From positions 4,640,001 to 4,704,000 of the forward strand of contig CH464491.1 of NCBI GenBank assembly GCA_000002445.1: DNA of 64,000 nucleotides, given 5' to 3'. Positions 23,095 through 37,583 of this stretch are shown piece after piece. The notes below the pieces were generated by a model. The model made no database searches. It had not been told where the DNA came from and saw only the letters and a program-made list of their open reading frames with translations. Source of the DNA: Trypanosoma brucei (Eukaryota). Positions within the stretch are counted from its first letter, which is position 1, and every line of letters begins with the position of its first letter. The translations under genes and the position numbers were made by a program.

Positions 23095-24619
23095 TCAGAT
23101 CCATTTTTTATTTACGAGAACACTACAATTTCGGCACCTAAGCTTGTCCTTATCCTTGTCACCTTCACCGTCTTTCTTCCACGCACATACATGTTTCTCC
23201 TTCCCTTCATTCATTTTCTCACAAGCGTTTTTATCATTGAAGTGCGCTGCACACCCCGTTGTTTTTTCTCCTGCTTCTCCTCCTGCTCCTCCTGTATTGG
23301 TCTGAGTTGTATCTTTACTCTCATCTTCTTTGGATGTGCCTTTGTCCTCAGTATTTCCATCCCATTTGCAGTTATTTTCTGTGCAGGTTTCATTTGTGGT
23401 GTGCCGCCTGAAAGCTTTGGCGCTGGGCGCTGTTTTGTGCGGCTTTGTTGCAGACTGTGTAGCGGTGATTTCATCGGGGTCGGCTGCTAGTGTCTGTAGG
23501 GCTTGCTTTAAGCTCCTCAGCCGCATGCTTATGGTATGGCGAAGGTTCGCCTTTTTATGGATACTATCCATAGCTTCTGCCGCCTCTCTGAGGGCTACCA
23601 TCCAAGGTATTGTTGTTCCGGCTGCTTTCGTATAGGCCTTTTTGTATTGGACGCAGCGACCATTGTTGTTGTTGGCGCTGTCGCCGTCGCACCCTGTGTT
23701 GCCGGTGCCGTCGATTTTCCCCAGAAAGAAGGCTTTGTCGAAATTGGTTGTTTGTGGTTGAGATATTAACTTGATAAAGTTCTGCAGTGCCGTGTTTATT
23801 GTTTCTTTAGTTAAATGCACAGCATTTGATATCCTGTCACAGTGGTACCGGAATTTTACCCAGTCTGTTTGAGCGTCAGTGCCTGCTGTGAGCGCCACGG
23901 CCGGGTTGTTTTCAAGTTTGTGCGCACTTTGAGTCCGCCGGCTGCGCCGCCGCTGTGTTTGCCACAGAGGCACATCACATCCTGTTTGAGGCTCGCTCCG
24001 GCAATGTTATCTGTTTCCGTGCCGGCCGGGCTGCTACAAGTTCAGGCCATTGTTTTGCCGAGCGGAATGGTTTTAGCAACTGAATCTGTTGGTTCGTTTC
24101 CGATTAATGCCTCTTTTAGTTTTTTTTTCGACCGTTTGGACGTCTTTTGAAAAGTCTGTGTTGGCTATGTCGTCTTCTAAAAGTACTGCTTCGCGTGCTA
24201 GTCTGTGAAGTTGATTAGTTGTTTCTTTCTTGAGTTTCCGGTTCGCCCACTTTAGTAACACCTCGTTTCCGTTATTATTTTTGTTGTATTTTGCGCCTTT
24301 TTTGCCGAAGCCCCAGGCTTGTTGGGTGCATGCCTGTTTTGCGCTGTTCGATTCATCTAGCTGAACATACTCCTTTTCGAGTCTTTCTATTGCCGCTGCT
24401 GTTACGTTTTGGCCGCCTGCGGTTAGGTTTACCGCTGCTATGACATCTATTATGTCGCTGTCGGTTATGTCGTCTTTGGGGCCGCTGTAAGGCGCTTTCG
24501 CTATGGCCACGAGCGCGCAGATCGATGCGTAGGCTTCGGCCTTGTCTGCCGCTGTCGGTTCAGCTGCCTCTACTGGTTTGAAGCTAGCGCACAGTAGCAA
24601 AAAAAGCGCCGCTAGTCAT
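23095..24619 (-). pseudogene. VSG: VSG pseudogene E, with a frameshift between 23973 and 24073 and a GPI signal truncated by a stop.
   Basis: Signal peptide MTSGAFFLLLCASFKPVEA (ATG at 24619). ORFs 24073-24600 and 23095-23973 (CTENNCKWDGNTEDK…CAWKKDGEGDKDKDKLRCRNCSVLVNKKWI*). Confidence 0.88.
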
Positions 24620-25639
24620 ATTCTGGCTGGGTCCTGTTGTGGCATCGCCAGGAACGGTGGTTGCAACAGCTTTTTCTACACTACATTAAGGAAAGGGGCA
24701 AATGTCGGCGATTGTGGTGACAACTGTTGCGGGGTAGTATCTTATTTTTTTTGGCCTCGCGGCGCTGGGGCGGAGTGTGTGACTTCTTGCTCGATTGGCG
24801 CCGTTTTGGCTGTTTTTTATTTTCGAATTTTCGATATAATTCTGAAAGTGGTATAACATACCGCGTTGTCTTTTGGGGCGGCCGTATATCGTGTCCAGAC
24901 TTTATTCGGTGCCACCTTCTTGGCATTGTTCAGAGTCCTATCCGTTTATTGCACAGACGGTTTTTTTTTCCAGAATTTGATGGAAAATATCAGTTTGGGT
25001 TGTAGATCGTCGTCAAGGATCCACGGACTCTGGGTTTGCTTTACGCTACTCCGTCAATGATGCCCTGTTCCTTATGAAGTACGAAAAAACACCTTCCTTT
25101 TCCTTTTGCCTCTATACCCTTTTGGCCACATGTGGGCCCCATGAAAAATACTAGACACACTACTATTTGCAACACTCTGCTCTCACCACTTGGCATACGT
25201 TTCCACTATCAAATTAAAACTCACTGCTGCCCCAAAAATATCTCCGTAATCGCTTCACTCAGAAATAGACGTGTCAAATATTGGTATCACCTCCCTCTAA
25301 TGTATCACCATATTATGTGCTGTGCTGTTCGGGGGTTATTTGTTTCATTCGGTATTCTCGCTTCTTTTCATTCTCCTGTCACCGCTTCTGCCTGTAGTAT
25401 AGCAAACAAATTTGGCCTGTACGCAACACTCTTCCTCTTCCTTATTGTCCCCTCCCTCATGTCCTTCTGTATGATAGTGGTGGCCGATTTTCGTGTTTGT
25501 GTATGAAACTGAGCATACTCCATCTCTCTTTGTCTTACTCTTAGGCACTGCACCACTTAGCGACTCCATAGCACCCTTGTCATCGCTTTGGGTACTTTTA
25601 TTTTACCTTTCCATTTTGTTTTAAACATTATCACCCTTG

Positions 25640-26150
<511 letters not shown>

Positions 26151-26402
26151 ATATTGGTTGAAAATAAAATAAATGAAATTATAATATTTCATGATTTCTC
26201 TCGCTTTTCATACCATATCACTTCATTGACTTGTGATCATAGGCCGCTATCATGTACATTTTACTAAAATTTTCACAAATATATTATTTTTTAATTTTAA
26301 TAAATTTTAATAATTATCTCATTTTAATCGAAAAGCGTTAAAATAATCAAACTCTTTTTAAAATATTAAAGTCTAATAAATTTTTTTAAAAAAGGGGGAT
26401 AA

Positions 26403-27906
26403 TTAAAACAGCAAGGCCACAAATGCAGAAACCATGAGGGCGAATTGTTTGTTTGCCAGAATAGAGGAATCTTTGCTCTTGTTTTCTTCCCATTGGAAGT
26501 TTTCAGTGCATTCTTTTTGTTGTTTGTTTTTGCACTCCTCTTTCTTGGCATCTTCTTTTTTTTTCCTCTGCCTGGGTTGGCTTGTGATCCGGGTCCACTA
26601 CACACTTTTTATTTTCGCCTGTGCCTTCCCATTTGCAACCTTCTTTGCACTTATATTCTTTCCCTTTCTTTTCGCACGTTGCGTCTGTCTCAGAGTTTTC
26701 TTACCGTATTTGGTCGCCTTCCGGTGACTTTTTGTTGCTTCCTGGTATCTCCGCCGCCGGCTGCATGGACGTTTGGTATGTGCGCTTCGCGAGGTCTATT
26801 AGTCCCTGAATACTTTGTGCCTGTACTTCTACGCTGTGGCGCTTCTGCGTCATCTCTTTCATTGCTTCTGCGGCGTCCGTGAGATGTTCAACCCAGCTTA
26901 TGCCTCTGTGTCCGCGTTGAGTACCGGCTGCTGCGAACTTCGCCGTATAGTCGACACACGTTTTGTCAGTGGTTCCATCGCAGTCGCTGCCAGTGTCTTT
27001 TCCCAGGTAAAACTTGATTAAGTTGGTGTCCCCTTTGCTGTGGATGCCGGCGATGAGTTGCGTTACTAGTGTTGTCAGTATCGTCTCCGTCACCTTTGCT
27101 GGTTTGCCTTTTGGGCATTCTTGTAGTACTGCGTTTAGCGCGTTCGGGCGGTTTGGGTTTGTCCAGTCGCACGCTATGTTTGCGTTTTTGCATGCCTGTG
27201 TGTTGCTGCCGCTGGCCTGACAGCACAGACACATTAGGTCCCCTGCAATGCTTTTTCCGCCGTTCGTGTTGCAGGCGTCGCTGTAGGTTGCAGTGTCTTG
27301 GTACGTCGTGCCCGGTTTAGGAGTAAAATCTGTTATGCCTGTTCCAAATAGAGCTTGAGATATTAGTTCTTTGACTTTTGTTGCGCCGCCTGTTGTTGCT
27401 TCTTCTTTCAGCTTGTTGTAGGTTGTTAGCTTGCCGCTCAGAGCTGTTAGAGTGTGATTTATTGTTTTGTGAGCTGCCCGTCTTGCAAATCCTTGGGGCG
27501 GGGGTGGGTTTAGCTTGCGCCACTCTCTGCCTTCTGATGAGCCGCCTGAAGCTTGGTAGTCTACTTGCCACTGTTTAAATGTCTCTTTCCAGTGCGTTGC
27601 GAAAGGCTCCTTGGCGTTGTTTGCTGATCTTTTTTCCCAGGTGTCTGTCTCCGGGTTTCCTGAGAAAAGCTTCTGCCACGCTTCTTCGCTTGTTGACATA
27701 TTAAGTTTTCGCAGCTCGTCTATTTGCTGGTCGAAAGAAAGTAGTGGGCTGCCGGCGTCAGGCTCGACGCCGTTTAGTGCTAGTGCGCTGCAGAGTAGGT
27801 GCATATCGGCTGCGGTTTGTGCTTCGAATGCCCCTTGTAGTTTGGTCGGTAACTGAATTAGTAGCGTGATCAGAGTCAGCGCCAGCTTGACTTTATTCGC
27901 GGCCAT
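26403..27906 (-). pseudogene. VSG: VSG pseudogene F. It has an intact 401-codon N-domain ORF and frameshifts in the C-terminal domain.
   Basis: ORF 26701-27906 starts MAANKVKLALTLITLLIQLPTKLQG. C-terminal-domain pieces appear in two other frames (CKEGCKWEGTGENKKC; KKEECKNKQQKECTENFQWEENKSKDSSILANKQFALMVSAFVALLF*, stop at 26403-26405). Confidence 0.9.
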
Positions 27907-29289
27907 TTGTCTAATTGCCGCTATACACGTCTCAGGTTTTGTTGTTGTTCTGCGGCAGGAACCAATGTTTCTGTGTTCTATTGATTACCCTTGGCCTGTG
28001 GTTACAGCTTATACGCTTAGTTAAATCCACACAAAGCAGAAGATTATGAGGTAACAGTGCCACTTAAAATTCCGAGGTATACGCGTGTTGCAAAATATAT
28101 AAATTATTGTTATAAATAATCGATTTTTAATATGTTAAACATATGAAAGAGTGGTTTTTTCCATAGAAACAGATAATCTCCATGACCTAAATTTGTTTTT
28201 AAAGAACGTTTCTACTTATATTTTAAATTTATATATGTTTATATACACATATATTGAATCTGTCATTTATGATCGTTTCATGCTTCTGCTATCGGCAAGA
28301 TTGTCTCCTCCAGACGAATTATCTAGCACGATAGGACGCTGACACTTTGGACGTACGCATGAATTTGAGCATTTCGTATTGTGAGACTGGTTTAGCGTCA
28401 ATCTTCTTGTTTCTTGCTAGACAGTTGTGTTCCCCGATGCGCTGTTTTGCTTTCACATTTTTTGATACGGTTCAGCAATGCCTAGGCAGTGTTTATTCTT
28501 ATATGAAGTATCCTTTCCTTGTAATGGTTCGCGGGGTTTCTATTAAGCCAGTAGGGGAAGCTTATCATAACAAAGTTACTGTTCATCGTACAAAGTTCTC
28601 CTGCACCCGCATATATATGCTATTTTCAACATTTGCCGATTTTTTATCCTTCGTCTTCTTCTGTCAACCGTAATCCATTAGTATTACTAGTTTAAAACTT
28701 CTGTTTTCGATAATATCATATTGTTTTCCACAAACGCTAACCATTATTACTAAATCATATGAGAACATAGCTTTGACGGTGTTTTACACTTATTTAATCC
28801 CTTTTTTCTGTTTGTTCTTCAGAGCTGGATATTAGGATCTACAATCAAATTAAAAGATGCAATCTTCATCATCTCCGCAGTAGAATCAGGTAATTTTTGT
28901 CTGAAATGTGGAGCGCAATATACTTTTGTATTATTAACCACTGTGCTCTTTTACAGCTCATCCAGTTCTTCTACTCTGCATTTGCTTTCTTAATTTTTAG
29001 TTTACTATCTCTCCTACCAATGATGATGTAGCAACTCTATTAGGCCTTTATACTGTACTATGTTTGCGCCTCATTGTCACCTCCGGTTTTCTCTTGGGTA
29101 TGATGATAGTCATTTCCACAGTTGTGTTTGACACTGCGCATATTTAATCTTTTTTCTTTCTCTTTCTTAGTAAAAACTACCGTGCCCCATTTATTCACTC
29201 ATTTAAGCCTGTTGTACTTTTGCTATTGTTTTAAGTGATTTTATTTTCTGTTGCTTCTATTTCCTTTTTCCATTTAGTTGTAACCACAA

Positions 29290-29920
<631 letters not shown>

Positions 29921-30183
29921 TATTTTAAATTCTAAATTTTAATAAAATCGCTAAAATAAATAAACAAAAACCATATTAGAATAGTACTCATTTTTCTTAC
30001 CATATTTTTCTACTTCTTTATACGCGTATGCCACAGTTACGCAGATTTTACGAAATTTATATTTTCAAAAAATTTCACTGACTTTCATCTTTTTATTAAA
30101 CATTGTTTTAATATATCAAATATTAGTGAATTAAAAAAAATATTCACAAATCCCATAAAGATGAGCATGAGTCAAAAATGTAC

Positions 30184-31707
30184 TAGAATGCTACCAAACT
30201 CACAAGAGAAGCAGCAATCAGAGAAAATTTCTTATTCACAAGAAAACTGGAATCTTTGCAAGCATTATTCTCCCACTTACAATCCGGAGATTTGCTCTCG
30301 CCTTGTCTTTACCCTCACATTTTTTCGTTGTTCGTGCCATTGCTTGTTATTATGTTCCTGCTGTGGCTTCTGTTCCTGGTTTAGGTTTGCATTCCTTTGT
30401 TGTTATGTTATAGACGCAGTCGCTGTGTGGGCATTTATCTGCGCTTTCTGCTGGTGATTTGCATTTTGTCGGTTGCTCCACAGTTTTGTCTGAGTTCGGT
30501 GCCGGCATGGTTGTTATGCTCTGGATCTTGCTTACCACTGATGTGGAAATTTCCTTTGCTTCGGTGATGGCCAGCTTTAGTAAATGGTTTGCCTGATTGT
30601 CGCCCGCGTTATGTTGTTCGCGGACCGCAAGCGACCCTGCCAGTTGCAGCAGACTGTCTATCCACGGCGCTTTTTTAGCGTTTCCTCTTTGCCAGTTTTG
30701 TAGCCTGTTAACTTTACACAGATGCCCGCGGTGTTAGCCCCTGTGCAGTCGCTTATGAATGCCCCAAGGTAGCCATTGCCGTTTTTTACCTTTACAAGCC
30801 TTCTAATTCTGTTTATTGCTGTCCGCAAAGTGTTTGACGTGAGCTCTGTAACTGCTGTGTGGCCGCAGCTTTCGTAAAGTGTTTTTAAGTCCGTGGCTGT
30901 CGGTCCTGTAGTCGCGCTTGTCCAGGGCGCGGCTTGTGCTACCGCCTGTCCGCAGACATCCTGCTGGGCTGCAGCATGGGCTTTGTGACAAAGGCATGCT
31001 AGGGCGGCTAGCGCAGTTGCTGTTTTGTCGTTACCACTGGCTATTTCGCACAGGGCGTTCCTTTCTGGGGTGTTTGGGTTTGCGCCGAAAACTTTGGTCG
31101 GCTTGGGGTTGCCACCTGCGAGGGCATCCTCGCCAAATGCCGCGGTGTTGAGAGTTTTACTGATTGCGTCTGGGGCCAGCTTACCGGGGTCGGCGACATC
31201 GGCATGTATCGACATGAAAATCTTGTGTGCTCTAGCTGCTATTGGTCTGATGAGCGCTGCTGCTGCTTGTCGCTGCGTGTCTGAAACTTTGTGTAGGTTA
31301 AACTCCTCTGCTGCTGCGTTCTTAGTTTCGATTTTGAGTTCCGTTGCCAGCTGTAGCCACTTTGGCCACATGCCATCCCAATTATTGTGGTTGATACCCG
31401 CCGCTTTTGGGTCGTTATGTGGATGCTGTTTGTCTCCGTTCTTGAAAAACATGTCGATCCACCATGACGGTTCTAGTGTCATGTTCAGTTTCATTAACTT
31501 GTTGTAGTCAGCTTCTGCTGCGTTTGCCAACTCAGGGGCCTTTGGGCTTGCAATTGCCAGCATTATGAGTTCGCATACCGCATTGTATTCTGCTATATTC
31601 TCCCCGGTTCCTACGTTTGCTTGGCCCGTCTTCAGTGCCATGACCAGGGTCAGAAGTGATATAAGGATTATCTTCATTGGGTTTTTGCTGCCTCTTCTAT
31701 TTTTCAT
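30184..31707 (-). pseudogene. VSG: VSG pseudogene G, with multiple frame changes in the C-terminal domain.
   Basis: ORF 30658-31707 starts MKNRRGSKNPMKIILISLLTLVMALKTGQA and contains …ALAALACLCHKA…. C-terminal-domain pieces: 30350-30538 (KCKSPAESADKCPHSDCVYNITTKECKPKPG), then CKWENNACKDSSFLVNKKFSLIAASLVSLVAF* (stop at 30184-30186). A 16-mer-like GTTTTAATATATCA sits downstream at 30105-30118. Confidence 0.88.
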
Positions 31708-32439
31708 TAAGTACCTTGTTGGGAACGATCGTTAGAAATGTTTTTACTGCCTTAAGTGATAACTTAATTAGGCATGCCAAATGAGCCGCCTTGACGTTAA
31801 ACGCTTCTGACAAAACGATTATAACAGTTAATAAGTACGGGTGTGTTTTTCCTGGTTCTGGTTGCGCTGCAGCTGACATCTAAAATTATAGAGCCACTTT
31901 TGCTTGCACTTTATCTTTTCTTCCTACAACGCTACCATCATGTTGGTTTTCAAACCCAATACCACCAAAAGGTCTCCCATAAGTCCTGGAAGCATGCCAG
32001 AAATCAATCACTTCTAACGTACATTTATTCTTGTGTATTTCACCTACTCTTTGCACCGTTCTCGCTAAAAAATGCACTAAGAAATTTAGCGACAGCAGCT
32101 ACACAGAATTCAAACCAGCTTTTTTAACGCCAACATTGGAAGCAACAAGCACCTATTCACCAGCACCGCTACTAATTTTGCGGCCGACCTCCCCCACTGT
32201 TGTGTAAAGACTAGTGATTTTTCTTGCATACAAGCTGATGCTCAATGCCTATTCCCTCGCCATTCGCTGCCGCATATGCCAGCCTTACTGCTACCTTAGG
32301 CTCAAACATTGCCGCTTGGGTGCGTATGATATATTTGGTGGAGCTTTCGCACTCACATCAGCTTAAAAGCTTCTTGTAAGGTAAGTCATCCACAAATGCA
32401 ATCAAATAGCTTCTGTCACCAGAATGTTGCTCTTCATTC

Positions 32440-32535
32440 CGTTCTTTTCATCACCGTTCTTATATTAACGATAAAAACTCGCAACACACTCCTATCATTA
32501 TCATTACTAATATCTATAAAATAAACAAAATAAAC
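32440..32535 (-). repeat. Degenerate 70-bp repeat unit, reverse orientation.
   Basis: CGATAAAAACTCGCAACACACTCCTATCATTATCATTACTAATATC. Confidence 0.65.
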
Positions 32536-32656
32536 CATATTAAAAAAAACTAAGAACAATGCTCATTTGTAACACCTTATTACCCTACTATTTTACACTT
32601 ATAGGGAACTATCATAGAAAATTTCAAAATTTCCAATTTTAAGAGTTTTTACAAAT

Positions 32657-32672
32657 GTGTTAAAATGTATCA
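32657..32672 (-). promoter_or_regulatory. VSG 3'UTR 16-mer on the minus strand (TGATACATTTTAACAC, 15/16).
   Basis: The plus strand reads GTGTTAAAATGTATCA, ~90 nt downstream of the VSG-H coding end. Confidence 0.75.
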
Positions 32673-32759
32673 AATCCTCTCAAAACAGAAAATTTTTAAA
32701 ATTTTCATATAATGGAGAAAACATCCTTAGAGTTGTAAAATCATAAAATAATACAGAAC

Positions 32760-34313
32760 TTATAAATGCAGAAACAATCACAGCAATTTCTTATTCACAA
32801 GAAAACTGGAATCTTTGAATTTTTCTTCTATCCATCCGCATTTCTCTTCGACTCCTGTGGCTAGTGCTGCATTCTCGGCCTCACATTCCTTTTTTCGTGT
32901 GGTAAGAGCACTTTTTACCTGCTTTGTTTCTTTCTTCTGCTTTTCTGCTTTTTGTTTGCCTTCCTCACTCAATGTGCACTTTTTGCCTTCCACATTACTT
33001 TCATCGTAAGTGCACCCCCTACCTTCTAATTTTTTACAGGCTTCTTTGTCGTCTTTTGCTGAATTGCATTCTTTTTCGGCTTTCTCTGCTTTGCCTTCTT
33101 GTTCTTGACCTTCTTGACCCTGCTCTTTCTTTTTAGGTTGCGTTACTGCGTTGCTGGTCGGTTGAATTGCTAGATGTAAGATTGTCGCTAGGGTTTCGTT
33201 AAGTGCTGTCAGTGTTGTTTCAGCTGTCCTTTGTTCCGCGTTTTCACGCTCTGCTTGCTGAAGAGAGGCTGCGGTTGCTTTTAAGCTGTTAAGCCATTCC
33301 GGTCCCTGTCTGACATTGCTAGCTTTTGTGAATGCGGCACATGCTCCTTTGCCATTTGCCGCCTCGCCATCGCAAGCTGCGGTGTTGCTGCCTGCTTGGA
33401 CGGCACCGATGTAATTGACTTTGCCGTCGTTGCCTTTGGGTTCATTTAATAACGCCCCTAGGTCTGATGCAATCTTCAGTAAATGGCTTGCCGTAAGTAC
33501 AGTCGGTTCTGGTGCTACTGCTTTGCAGTGGTTTTCTATTGTTAGCCAGTCTGCTATGCTACTGCCTTGATTCCAGGCGGTCTGCTGTTGTGTTGCTGTC
33601 GCGTAGCAAGCCGTGTTGCTGGTGTCGTCGCTGTTGCCGCTTGATCATAGGCATGCTATGGTTGCTGCAACCGACTTTGTCGCTGACGCTCCTGCGGTCG
33701 TCGGGCCCGCGCCGCATTGCGTTTGTCTGTCAGCTCCTGCGCCGAGTAATTTGGGTGCATTCTTCTCTTGTCCTCCGTACACTGCTGTTGCCAGCAGCGT
33801 TGCTGTGTCCCTGTCCGTCTCTGTTGTCTGAGTTTGTGGCCTGAGTTTGCTTCCAACGGTTTCTATCGCTTGCACTGTTTTTAGGAGTCGCTCTTTTAGT
33901 CCTGACTTGTCTTTAGCTAGCCGCTCCAGCTTGAGTTGTTCGATTGCTGGAAGGTTCTTGAGGTATTGCGCTGCGCTTTGACATGCCTGCCTTTTGCTCG
34001 TCGCACATGGTTCTGGCAGATTTTGTGCGCTTTGCTCGGCTGAAGATGCGTCGTTACTCTGTTGCGCCAGTTTTGTTATCGCTGCGTTTTCGTTCATGAC
34101 TAACCGCATGTGCGCCGCCATTGCCGCAATCTTTACTGCTTCATTTGACGGACTTTCATACCCCTTGGTTGCTGACGTGCTGGTAACTGCTTGACACAGC
34201 AATGTAAAGGGTTTCCTATTGATGCCGTTGACGGGACCGGCTGCGTGTGTGCGCCGAGCTAGCATTGATGCCACTAGTGCCAACTTTATAATCAGCATTT
34301 TGTTTATTAACAT
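32760..34313 (-). pseudogene. VSG: VSG pseudogene H. The N-domain ORF is 222 codons, then frameshifted, and the GPI signal is frameshifted.
   Basis: ORF 33645-34313 starts MLINKMLIIKLALVASMLARRTHA. C-terminal domain 32778-32993 (KCTLSEEGKQKAEKQKKETKQVK…CEAENAALATGVEEKCGWIEEKFKDSSFLVNKKLL*), with …AVIVSAFI in the adjacent frame. Confidence 0.88.
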
Positions 34314-35649
34314 TGCGGCTACGTTTACAGTCCGTTTTCTGTTTGTGTTGCGCTAAAGATATGCACAATTTCCCTACTTGTGTTTGTGGGTGTTATTCTT
34401 TTTTACTGGTTGTGGTCTCTGAGGCTGTTGTCTTGCTTCGTCTACTGGATGCTGATCGTATTTGTTTGCACAATGTGCTCATGGAAAAAAAGCCGTTTCC
34501 ACACTGGTTGGTGCTAACGGAGGACTGCTGTTAGACAATTGTTCTCGTTGCTTAAGGTGCGTAGCCAGAAATTAAGTCAATATTTTGCCTTGGGCTCTTT
34601 ATTGCTCTTTGAAATACCACAAAACAACCTTCTACCCATTTTCCCTATCACTCCTATTATATTTATGTTAAGCACTCTTAGCTCCTATACTTTCCGTTAA
34701 TAACATTGTTGAAAAATCCTTACCATTGTCCATGATTCTCAGGAAATGTTTGGAAACTAAGTTAGTCGCTTCATTTTTCCACTGTTGAATGAAATCCCCT
34801 CACTTACAATTTACATTCATTGCTGTTATTCTCCTCATTTGTAGTTCGTATTTTTTTCGGTGTTAATCTTTTATTTAGCTACGCTTCATATATTGTTTCA
34901 TTTTCTGTATTCTCTGTGTTTTTATATGCTCTTGTTGTCGTTGTGTGTGAAACGTCTGCTCGCATTATTTTTGTATGACGCCTCTTTTTCGCGTATAACC
35001 AATTGTTGATAGGTGATAGCTTGTTTTGTAATCCGAACCGGACGTTACCTCCATTTAAACACTTCTAGCTCTTCTTTATCGTCAGTCATCACATTTCCTC
35101 TCTATTCCCTTTATTAGGCAAACAACGCCCCATATTCACTCTATCAACTAGCACCGACTTCTAAACTTAATTCTTAAATTGTAGATCCGCTATCATGACA
35201 AAATACACAGCTGCTACCGCATCAGTTGTTGTATTTATTATTTTCGATTAACGTCCGGCGCTTTATCAACTCCTGTTCTTCTTTATGTATTATTTTCCTC
35301 TGTGTTACGTAGCATCGCGTACACTTGTGTCGTTCTAGATTTCCACTACTTTTTTTTTCCTGACACTGTTTATGAACATAATGTGCAGATTCTATTCGGT
35401 CTGTAGATTGTATACTGCACCCTTTCTCTCCCTCATCTCTCTCCTTATCCTCTGCTTGTTTATTATGATGACAATCTTTATGCTTGTGTTTTCCACTGCT
35501 CATGTTACATCTTCATTTCTGTTTTTGTCTTTCTGCGTTTCCTTATATAATATTCTTTGTACTCTCTTTCACATATTTCCCCACTCACTCCCATTACACC
35601 ATTGCCATTGTTTTTGGTGTTTCCGCATCTGCTGCCAATTGGTTATCAT

Positions 35650-35775
35650 TACTGCTCTTATTATAATATTAGTAGACACACTCACAACACTCTCCTATTA
35701 TTATTATTATTACTGCTCATATTATAGTATTCGTATATAAACACTCACAACAATCGTCCTATTATTCTTGCTACT
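35650..35775 (-). repeat. Two 70-bp repeat units, reverse orientation.
   Basis: CTTATTATAATATTAGTAGACACACTCACAACACTCTCCTATTATTATT… and CTCATATTATAGTATTCGTATATAAACACTCACAACAATCGTCCTATTATT. Confidence 0.85.
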
Positions 35776-36099
35776 CTTAATGTTACTGCTATAACCCAAA
35801 GCAATAACTAAGAATTGGAAGTAAAATTATGGAAAAAATATTACAGAATAGCGGTTTCTTTTAATACCTTATCAACGTCCAATTTCACACCCATAGGTCA
35901 ATTCATACACATTTCTTAATTTTTATAATTCTCAAATTTTCACTAGTTTGCGGTTTTTCATGAAAAGTTTTAAAGCTAATTAAATTTTAGTAGTTGGAGC
36001 ACATTCTCTCAAAATAAGAAATTTCATAAATTTGAGCAAAAATCCTTATATTCTTAAAATGCTTTCATACTTATATAAGCAACTGTCATCAGGGAGACT

Positions 36100-37506
36100 T
36101 TCTTATTGACGAGAAAACTGAAGTCTATGCACTTGTTTTCTTCCTATTTACAATTCTGTGCTTTTTTACAGGCGTCCTGTGTTGAATGGCTGCGCAAACC
36201 TCATCTTTTTTATCCCCGTCTTTCTTGTCTCCTGATTTGTCTTCTGTGCTTGTTTTCTTATCAGATTCTTTTTCCTCATACTTTGAGCCGGTTGCTGTTT
36301 CTTTGGGTTTGAGGAGTTCGGTTTTTCGCAAAACCGCGATCGCTGATCACACTTTAGAGCCTGCCACAATTTTAGACAGTTGCTCACTCCCCGTGTTCTC
36401 GCCGCTTGCATATTGGTATTCTGTTGTTGCCGCTCCCTTGATGTAAGTGCTTTCGAAAGATTCAGTATCCTTTCCAAAAACGTCGTTTAGTATGTTCTCT
36501 GTCTTCGTATTTGTTGCTTTCTTTCTCTCCGTACAACGTTGCTATAGCGTCTTTGATGTGCTGGTTACCAGCTAGGTTATCTAGTTTGATCGCACTTAGC
36601 GCTTGAAGTTGCGCTGATTGTTCTAGGCCCTTGCAGATAACAGCTGTGACTTCGCCGTCAGTTGGCCAAAGCTTCTTAGTGACTCCTTGTAAGTCGCCAC
36701 ACACTTTTGTGCTTCTGCCGGTTTTGAGCTCTGTGTCTGTCCCTGCTAGCGTTGCGAAAAGCTTGTTTGACCACAGTATCAGCCTGATTTTGCGGTTGTT
36801 GGCTCCGGAGGTCTCACCGTCTGAGCACTTCAGGTTGTCGGTGTCTTACCCCCAGTTCTGTCCTGCGTTGTCGGCTTTTGTACATTTGAGTATTGGTTTG
36901 CCAAACAAAGCTAGAGATTTGAGCTTGTCGTCCTTTATTAAGCTTATTTTGGTGGTCTTTGCATCCGCTAGTGTTGTGCCTTCGTGCGTTATTTGTCCTT
37001 TGCCGTCTAGATCACAGTTTAGCACCGCCGCCGGTGTTGGGTTTAAGTTCGAGCTGGATGTCTGGGGTTGCGCTTGGCCAACCGCTGACTGCGTCGATGT
37101 CATCTGAAATTTTGCCTGTGTTCAGTAGCATTTCTTGTGCCACAGCGCCAATTCTACGGTTGATTACTATTGCCGCCGTCGCGGTTGTCTGCTCTAAATT
37201 TGATAGCTTGGTTTACTGTGCTGCATTTTCCGCCTCGTCCATTGCGTGAAGCAGAGCAAATGCAATTCGCTTTTTGCCTGTTGCTTTTAGGCTCGTCGCG
37301 TCCGGTGTTTCGCCTGCCTTTGGTTCGCGCTGAGGGTTTGACGGGCGTCTACAGTTTTCCGCTAGTTGTCTGCTAGCTTTTTTGCTAGATACTGCAGGAG
37401 CCAACAAGGGGTGTTCAGCTTGTTTGAGGGGCTGCTGTCTTCTATCGTTGTTGCAAGTGCTGCCGTAACTACCACTATTGCCACGAGTAATAGCTTTTAC
37501 GTTTGT
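36100..37506 (-). pseudogene. VSG: VSG pseudogene I, with an in-frame stop at codon 8 and frameshifts. Its start codon lies ~65 bp from the 5' end of ingi copy 2.
   Basis: The minus-strand start reads MNRTRQT*KLLLVAIVVVTAALA. N-domain pieces 37213-37407 and 36846-37103 (…LKCTKADNAGQNWG). C-terminal-domain pieces 36125-36477, ending in a DFSFLVNKKVS-type GPI-signal remnant. Confidence 0.8.
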
Positions 37507-37583
37507 CTAGTTCGATTCATCTGCTTGAATGTGTAACTTGTTAGTTTGATGCTGTATGCTTGCTTGTCTTAGCCACCCTGGCG

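Noticed and set aside
37506-37575. Possible target-site duplications for copies 2 and 3, the RIME and copy 5.
   Set aside because: Copies 2 and 3 abut one another and VSG-I, so 12-bp flanks cannot be paired. The RIME flanks (TTCGTTTAAGTC vs GTGAATGTACAA) do not match. Copy 5 flanks match only ~7 of 11 positions. No confident target-site duplication can be claimed by eye.
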